Source of the DNA: Candidatus Firestoneibacteriota bacterium
Lineage (GTDB): Bacteria; Oederibacteriota; D2-FULL-39-29; JBBTED01
Direction: 5' to 3'
Assembly (NCBI GenBank): GCA_038042445.1
Contig: JBBTED010000027.1
Span: forward strand, 37,651 to 101,650
DNA length: 64,000 nucleotides
Positions 58,323 to 64,000 of the stretch are shown here, in pieces (the first letter of the stretch is position 1; each line of letters begins with the position of its first letter). Both the position numbers and the translations under genes were made by a program. Under the pieces are notes generated by a model. The model was not told the origin of the DNA, did no database searches, and saw only the letters and a list, made by a program, of their open reading frames with translations.

Positions 58323-58398
58323 TGGTGGAGATGAGCGGAATCGAACCGCCGACCTTCCCGTTGCGAACGGGACGCTCTCCCAACTGAGCTACATCCCC
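58323..58398 (-). tRNA. tRNA-Ala (anticodon CGC)
   Basis: The reverse complement folds as a cloverleaf: GGGGATG acceptor with G3-U70, D-arm GCTCAGTTGGGAGAGC, anticodon loop TTCGCAA, T-arm GGCGGTTCGATTCCGCT, and encoded CCA. Confidence 0.9.
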
Positions 58399-58411
58399 TA
58401 ATAATTTTTAT

Positions 58412-58439
58412 ATTATAACAATTCAATCCATACTGTCAA
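58412..58439 (-). promoter_or_regulatory. Sigma70-type promoter for the tRNA-Ala gene (TTGACA-16-TATAAT)
   Basis: The reverse complement of 58412-58439 reads TTGACAgtatggattgaattgtTATAAT, 13 nt upstream of the mature tRNA 5' end. Confidence 0.55.
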
Positions 58440-58495
58440 TATAGAATTATACCATCAAACCAAAACAGAAATATCCTCTTTTTCTTTAAAAGTTG

Positions 58496-58884
58496 TCAAA
58501 ATTTTTCTATTTTGTCCAAAACAAATTCTTTAATTTTTAAGGCAGAGTTATAGGCTTTTTTGGCATCATCCCAGGAAAATTTAGGCCAGTCTCCAGGATA
58601 TCGGCTTTCAATATAAAATTCAGAAAGGAGTACCGCTTCTTCATTTAATTCTTTAAAAGAAAAACTTATCTCTTTACATAATTGCAATAATTTCTCTAAT
58701 TGATGAATTTTGGGAATTCTTTTTTATGAAAAACTAAAAACCCCTTGATATATTTTTCTGCCATCTGCTGAGCAAGAAAACAGGCTGTAGATGGAGCTCC
58801 CTTTTCTGTAAGTATAGCATTAATTGAAAGTTCATCTTCTTCCGCTTTAACAAACCACTCTTGATAGAGATTATTTTGACTCAT
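58496..58884 (-). pseudogene. HEPN-domain toxin gene interrupted by a frameshift (two ORFs of 62 and 63 aa)
   Basis: The N-terminal ORF ends ...FLVFHKKEFPKFIN* and the second begins LQLCKEISFSF...ESRYPGDW. The two frames meet inside an A6 run (coding strand, 58720-58725), where a 1-nt indel would fuse them into one HEPN protein of about 125 aa. Confidence 0.55.
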
Positions 58885-59236
58885 AAAGTAATTTACCCTT
58901 GTGTATAATGTTTCTAATAAAAAAATCTCCCATTTTTATTCTTTCTTCTACTTCACTAGGAGTAAATACTAATCCATCTGCCGCTATGTCAAAGTCTAAA
59001 AACAGATATCTCAATTTCAGCTGACGTTCTCTTTTTAATTCACTTGTTTGTTTAACTACAAACAAATCCACATCGCTATTTTCAGTCGGCTCTCCCCACG
59101 CATACGAACCAAATAAAATAATTTTTTCTGGCTGGAAGGTTTGAACAACTTTATTGACTATTTCTTTCAATTTTTCATCAATATTATTTTTTGAATTCAC
59201 AACATGAATTATACACAAAATAATAATGCGATGCAA
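58871..59236 (-). CDS. Minimal nucleotidyltransferase (MNT) antitoxin-type protein
   Basis: ILFGSYAWGEPTENSDVDLFV is a Pol-beta-like NTase motif (GS...D.D). It is paired with the downstream HEPN. Confidence 0.75.
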   Translation of the reverse strand: MHRIIILCIIHVVNSKNNIDEKLKEIVNKVVQTFQPEKIILFGSYAWGEPTENSDVDLFVVKQTSELKRERQLKLRYLFLDFDIAADGLVFTPSEVEERIKMGDFFIRNIIHKGKLLYESK

Positions 59237-59325
59237 TAAAAATGGAAAATACGATACCCATCACAAATGACAAAATATGGTAACCCTGTGGCAAGTCACA
59301 GGAAATTATCAAATTCAAACACAAC

Positions 59326-59916
59326 TCATCTTTCTTCCAATACAATATCATCAATAAATATGTTGCTTGAATCTACGGAAGTAGCATCACGCCAATCTAC
59401 CTTTACCACTATAGTAGCAAATAATGCATCCGCTGGTGGCAAAACTTCAGCTTTAAATGTAAATTTTGTGTATTCACTTATTTCCTTTCCAGAATAAAGA
59501 TATGCTATCGTACTCTCATCCCCTATAATCACCTTCTTTTCATTTTCCCACCTTACAGCAATTATAAGTCTACCTACCTTTTCTTTTTTAATCCAACATT
59601 CTGCATAATATTTTTTATCCGGTGAAATTTTTATACCTGCCTGAGCATATATAAATAGAACTTCTCTCAATGGATTCATTGTTATTTTAATAGCATTCTT
59701 GCCTGTATGCGCATCTCCAGTAACAGTATAATCTGCACAAAGTTTATCTTTATTTTGCTTTGAGGAAAAAGATAAATCCCAATCAGTAAATTTATTACCA
59801 TCATAATCCTCAAAACCAGAATTTTTTACAAGATTTTCTGCTGCCATTACTCCAGTACATATAAATGGCATAAAGAAAACCCACATTATAATTATTACAA
59901 GTTTACCATTTTTCAT
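59326..59916 (-). CDS. Secreted hypothetical protein (CBM-like beta-sandwich)
   Basis: Signal peptide MKNGKLVIIIMWVFFMPFICTGVMAAE. No catalytic motif. Confidence 0.35.
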   Translation of the reverse strand: MKNGKLVIIIMWVFFMPFICTGVMAAENLVKNSGFEDYDGNKFTDWDLSFSSKQNKDKLCADYTVTGDAHTGKNAIKITMNPLREVLFIYAQAGIKISPDKKYYAECWIKKEKVGRLIIAVRWENEKKVIIGDESTIAYLYSGKEISEYTKFTFKAEVLPPADALFATIVVKVDWRDATSVDSSNIFIDDIVLEER

Positions 59917-60074
59917 TTAATCCACCTCCGTATCGTAAAGAGGGTATAAAAAAACAAACCCTCAATGTTTACCCTATACCACTTTAGTATAGGGTTACCT
60001 ACATTTTTTAAGGTCATCACCTCCAAAATTTTATTTACTTAAATTCTTTTTTTTCTTCTATATTATATAATATT

Positions 60075-61859
60075 TTATTTCACTGCTTGCACGCAACGAA
60101 ATCCTACAAGAACATCACAGCTATTAGGTGAATAGTAACTACGTTCTGCAGACCGACAGCCTATGGCAATGTTATTCCATGAGCCACCACGAATAACTTT
60201 AGAACTACCAACACTTATATATAATCCATTTTTACCACCTACATATATTGTATTTGTTTTAACTGGATGCACTATAACTTTAGCTAACACACCAGCTTCT
60301 TTTAGTTTTGGAGTTAAATCCACCCAATTGTTTCCTTCATCATTAGAAAAATATAATCCTTTTTCCCAACACGCATATATCTGTTTGGAATTAATCGGAT
60401 TAAAAACAATAGCGCTAGCACCACTCCCAGTTGTATCAACATTCAGTGCCTGTTTCCATGTTTCCCCACCATCTATACTTTTAACCACTCCACCTTTCTT
60501 TGTATGTGGGTCCTGATTCAAAGCATAAACTATATTATTATCAACTGGATTAATAATTATATCATTTACCCATCCACCATTCGGCATTTTTTTATTACCT
60601 GTAACAGGATCCCATGTAACATTATACCAACTCTTACCTCCATCTATTGATTTCACTGCTCCATGGTCACTATTTCCAATAAATAGTATATCCGAGTTTT
60701 TAGGGTCAACACCTACACATCGTGTATGACCATATATACATATCCCTGTATGCGTCCATTTACCAGGACTTACCTCTTTTGATACAACACCTCTCCAGCT
60801 TTTTCCTGAATCTATTGTTTTTAATATAGCACGTGAGGCAGCAAGATATACTACATCATCATTATCAGGATCAATAACTATATCATTAGGCCCACCAGGA
60901 ATCTCAAGCCATGTATTTGGAGCTCCATTCTCATTTAGAACCATATTCCAGTTATTACCACCATCTATGGTTTTCCATACTCCCTTTCCACCACCACCAA
61001 AACTTTGATTACATAAATATATAATATCAGGATTCTTTTTACTTATACACATAGTGTTATAGTTAGAATTTTCACCTACAATCAAACCCTTGTTAATCGG
61101 ATTCCATGTTTCTCCTCTATCTTCACTTCTATATACACCTTTTGACACTACACTAACATAAATTATATTTGACTTCTCCGGATTAATTGCAATAGCTTTT
61201 GTAGAAATATCTAAAATTTTATTCCACGTTTTACCTGCATCTTTACTAATAAATAACCCCTTAGGCGTTGCTATATATATTCGTGCTGAATCTGTCAAAT
61301 CAAATTGAATGTCCTGAATATGTACATCTGTTGCACCTATACCTAAATTTGAAATGATTTTCCATGTTTCTCCCTCATCTTTTGATTCATATATATCGCC
61401 CTTAAAACTTCCATATCTTGGATTATCATCACGCTTTCCCTGTCCCATTAATAAATGTTTTGAATCTTTAGGATCCACTGCTAATCCTCCAACATTCAAT
61501 GAAACAGTAGAAGGTTGTGGACTACCTATACCATTCCATTTTGCTACCCAATTATTTCCTCTATCAGTTGATTTATAAAGTCCTCCTCTACCTCCAACCA
61601 AAAATGTATCCCCAGATGTATGAATAACTCTTGTTTTGATATTATAAGCATTAAATCCTTTATTTATTGCCTGCCAACTTTCTCCTTTATCTATACTCTT
61701 ATATATCCCACCTATATCAATTCCAGCATAAATAATGTTATCTATAATATTTATATTTACAACCTGGTCCCCATGACCTGAACCTATTTGTTTCCATTGT
61801 ATCTCTTCACCAAAAACACTACTGCTAATACACATACATAAAATCAATATTTTATACAT
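60075..61859 (-). CDS. BNR/Asp-box repeat beta-propeller protein with C-terminal FGE/sulfatase-modifying-factor-like tail
   Basis: Multiple S-x-D-x-G-x-T-W Asp-box motifs (SIDKGESW, STDRGNNW, SKDEGETW, SKDAGKTW, SEDRGETW, TIDGGNNW, TIDSGKSW, SIDGGKSW, SIDGGETW, SNDEGNNW). The C-terminus RGGSWNN...GFRCV resembles the FGE C-terminal motif. The start is at MYKILIL (61859), with GGAGGAG upstream. Confidence 0.65.
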   Translation of the reverse strand: MYKILILCMCISSSVFGEEIQWKQIGSGHGDQVVNINIIDNIIYAGIDIGGIYKSIDKGESWQAINKGFNAYNIKTRVIHTSGDTFLVGGRGGLYKSTDRGNNWVAKWNGIGSPQPSTVSLNVGGLAVDPKDSKHLLMGQGKRDDNPRYGSFKGDIYESKDEGETWKIISNLGIGATDVHIQDIQFDLTDSARIYIATPKGLFISKDAGKTWNKILDISTKAIAINPEKSNIIYVSVVSKGVYRSEDRGETWNPINKGLIVGENSNYNTMCISKKNPDIIYLCNQSFGGGGKGVWKTIDGGNNWNMVLNENGAPNTWLEIPGGPNDIVIDPDNDDVVYLAASRAILKTIDSGKSWRGVVSKEVSPGKWTHTGICIYGHTRCVGVDPKNSDILFIGNSDHGAVKSIDGGKSWYNVTWDPVTGNKKMPNGGWVNDIIINPVDNNIVYALNQDPHTKKGGVVKSIDGGETWKQALNVDTTGSGASAIVFNPINSKQIYACWEKGLYFSNDEGNNWVDLTPKLKEAGVLAKVIVHPVKTNTIYVGGKNGLYISVGSSKVIRGGSWNNIAIGCRSAERSYYSPNSCDVLVGFRCVQAVK

Positions 61860-61943
61860 ATTTCTCCTCCCCTTATTATTTGATAACATAAGGTCTTTAA
61901 ACCATTCACTACCTTTCATTTTCTTTCATAATTCTTTAACTTA

Positions 61944-63488
61944 TTATTTAATTATTTCTATTGTTCCAACTTTATAACGTTTTTGGTTATCTTTGCCAGC
62001 AATAGCTAATTCTATTCCAATATTCGGATTTTCCATATCTTTCATACCTATATATAAATCATAGGTGCCTTTTTTTATTTCTGTAGGTATTGTCCAGGAT
62101 AATACATCTTCAACTATACACTTAGCATCCCACAGTAACGATGATGTATTTATTCCCGGCAATTGCACCTCTTCGTAAACTGTGCTACCATCTGCATCTA
62201 CCAATGCAAGAAGTATACCGTAATTTTCATAGCAAGGTGCAGAGCCTTTGTTCTCCCATTTGTATTTGATTGTGAATTTCTCTTCTGCATTAATTCTCTG
62301 CGGATATTTAATTTCCTTTAAAACAAATCTATATCCTGCATATCGTGCCATATATCGCCATAGATTTTTTTCATCTTCAATTGTCATTGAAGAAACCTCT
62401 GGAGAATCATTCCAAGGGGTAAACTCTATACACTCATTCCAAGAAGAAAACCTTTTTTTAATTTCTTTTGTACCTACTGTCATTTCTACTAATCCTTCAA
62501 ATTCCATACCTCTATTCCAGTAGCTAATATGACATTTCAAAGCTGATTTTAATGCTTTAATAGGAACAAGATTTTCCATCATAACTTTAACTTTTGGATA
62601 ATACATATCAAAATATTCTATTACCCAATTGTCTATATATGGATCTTTCGTTCCTTCAAAAGATTTGCCTAATCCATTATATTTAAGACATATTTTTTTT
62701 GACACTAAATATTGCATTATTTCTTCTACATCGCGAATATGGATAAAATTAGTAGATGTTGACATCTCGCCTTTATACGAATTATATGAAGGACTCCCTA
62801 ATTCCTGAACAATAGGAGTATCTGGAAAAGCATCTACATACATATCAATAATTTTCTTGTGTGCTTTTATATATGTAGGAATATTTAAACCTGCATCAAG
62901 CCATGGTTCTACTGAAGTATGTTCTGATATATGCATTTCTCCCCACCTACCCATAAAACCTATTATTACAAATTCTATATTAGGATTGCCATTATATCTT
63001 TTTCCTAAAGCATTAATAAAATTATTTGCTTTTTCCAAATATATAGGGTCCCAGTATACAGGAAACCTTATAGGTCTTTCATCTATAGACCATCTACCAC
63101 CCAAATTATGGTATTTAATAGGTTCATCAATATACTTTGCCCCTGCATCAAATACCCATTGTGGAACTCCATCATTGTAAAGTGTTCCCAAAGTTGACAT
63201 TCCTCTTACTTGAATTCCAACTTTGTAACCATTTTCTATCCACGAGTTAAAACACCCCTCCCACTCAGGATGCTCCCAGTGAAATACTCCTTCTTGCGGT
63301 TCTAATAGTGACCATGGTATATCCATAGTAACTTTATTTGTTAGTTTTTCTTTGAGAAACCATGCATCTTTTGGCACCTGATCATACCTTATTTTATTGT
63401 TACCACGTTGAATATATAATATCCCCATTCCGGGATTATGCAGATAATCATCTGTTTCTTTTGGTAAACCAATTATTTCTTTTTCCAC
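61944..63488 (-). CDS. Hypothetical glycoside hydrolase-like protein (TIM barrel plus C-terminal beta-sandwich)
   Basis: Sequence pattern only (aromatic and acidic barrel motifs). The context is glycan degradation. Confidence 0.35.
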   Translation of the reverse strand: MEKEIIGLPKETDDYLHNPGMGILYIQRGNNKIRYDQVPKDAWFLKEKLTNKVTMDIPWSLLEPQEGVFHWEHPEWEGCFNSWIENGYKVGIQVRGMSTLGTLYNDGVPQWVFDAGAKYIDEPIKYHNLGGRWSIDERPIRFPVYWDPIYLEKANNFINALGKRYNGNPNIEFVIIGFMGRWGEMHISEHTSVEPWLDAGLNIPTYIKAHKKIIDMYVDAFPDTPIVQELGSPSYNSYKGEMSTSTNFIHIRDVEEIMQYLVSKKICLKYNGLGKSFEGTKDPYIDNWVIEYFDMYYPKVKVMMENLVPIKALKSALKCHISYWNRGMEFEGLVEMTVGTKEIKKRFSSWNECIEFTPWNDSPEVSSMTIEDEKNLWRYMARYAGYRFVLKEIKYPQRINAEEKFTIKYKWENKGSAPCYENYGILLALVDADGSTVYEEVQLPGINTSSLLWDAKCIVEDVLSWTIPTEIKKGTYDLYIGMKDMENPNIGIELAIAGKDNQKRYKVGTIEIIK

Positions 63489-63508
63489 AAGAATCCTCCT
63501 AAAAATTT

Positions 63509-64000
63509 TTATCCGTTATATTTAACCGCATTTCTTTTTTTTACCTTTCTAAACTCAATTGCACTATCAACTATTTTAAAAATATCATACTGAGGTTTAT
63601 AACCCAAACCAGATTTTGCTTTTGTAATATCTATTGTAAAATCATAGAAATTGTCAGAGGTAAATTCCACAACTGGCAAATCCAATTTTTTAGAAATATA
63701 TTTTGATAAAATATCATAAGAAAACGCTGAAGGTGCCGCTATATTAAATGTCTGATTTATTGCAACTTTGTTGCCTAATGCAAGCATAAATGATTGAATA
63801 ACATCTAATATTCCGACTATATGTCTTATAAATGGCTTTTTGTCTGGATGTAAAAGACAACCTACTCCATTTTTTTTCTTTTTAAAAAATTCTTTTTGTA
63901 TTTTTGTTTTTGCCAAACCTTCCCAAGCAGGCCCACCAAAATCAGGTGGCATTAGAGTCATATATGCCAAAATATCATCTTCATCATGAATCCATGAAAA
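63509..64000 (-). CDS. NAD-dependent epimerase/dehydratase family protein. This is the C-terminal part, and the N-terminus lies beyond the window end.
   Basis: C-terminal substrate-binding domain pattern of extended SDRs. The open frame continues to 64000. Confidence 0.55.
   Translation of the reverse strand, partial: FSWIHDEDDILAYMTLMPPDFGGPAWEGLAKTKIQKEFFKKKKNGVGCLLHPDKKPFIRHIVGILDVIQSFMLALGNKVAINQTFNIAAPSAFSYDILSKYISKKLDLPVVEFTSDNFYDFTIDITKAKSGLGYKPQYDIFKIVDSAIEFRKVKKRNAVKYNG

Noticed and set aside
58309-58383. N-terminal 25 codons of the 206-aa ORF (MGERPVRNGKVGGSIPLISTKAIIF)
   Set aside because: This stretch is the reverse-frame translation of the tRNA-Ala gene. The ORF start was trimmed to the internal Met.

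Overview
This is a low-GC (about 33%) bacterial chromosomal window, densely coded and with most genes on the minus strand. I see four main blocks. (1) 1-17146 holds an anaerobic respiratory module: a Tat-signal molybdopterin oxidoreductase catalytic subunit (partial at the window edge), an outer-membrane beta-barrel, a NarL/NarX-type two-component system with a periplasmic binding protein, tatA, mobA, a MOSC protein, a 13-heme membrane-anchored cytochrome c, two tandem CbcL-like proteins (11 and about 19 c-hemes fused to a di-heme cytochrome b domain) and a second multi-TM histidine kinase. (2) 17143-23027 is a putative lipid-modification cluster: a KAS II gene translationally coupled to the kinase, two ICMT/PEMT-like membrane methyltransferases flanking a B12-binding radical SAM enzyme, then SRPBCC and cyclase-family proteins. 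It is followed by ctpA-envC-ftsX-ftsE, housekeeping genes (rarA, a 5-FTHF cyclo-ligase) and a sugar-acid catabolic island with a frameshifted FAD oxidoreductase. (3) 37999-44019 is the most interesting locus. It carries a mercury-methylation pair, hgcA (NVWCAAGK cap-helix motif plus a C-terminal TM domain) and hgcB (CMECGAC ferredoxin with a C-terminal CC tail). Directly upstream in the same apparent operon sit a cysteine-pair-rich AbrB/SpoVT-type regulator and a small CxxC membrane protein. Downstream are a TusA-DsrE fusion and an AhpD-like protein. A divergent nifS-iscU-zinc ribbon-dsrE-tusA operon lies on the other strand. (4) 44020-64000 is a secreted glycan-degradation island (SASA esterase, LVIVD and BNR propellers, a 1247-aa GH-A-like enzyme, an AraC-SBP one-component regulator) interrupted by recR-dnaX, a tRNA-Ala(CGC) and an MNT-HEPN pair with a frameshifted HEPN. 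Throughout the window are at least five families of short nested-palindrome elements (REP/MITE-like, termini GTAG...CTAC). Several form larger composite elements, and they sit in intergenic regions at operon boundaries.
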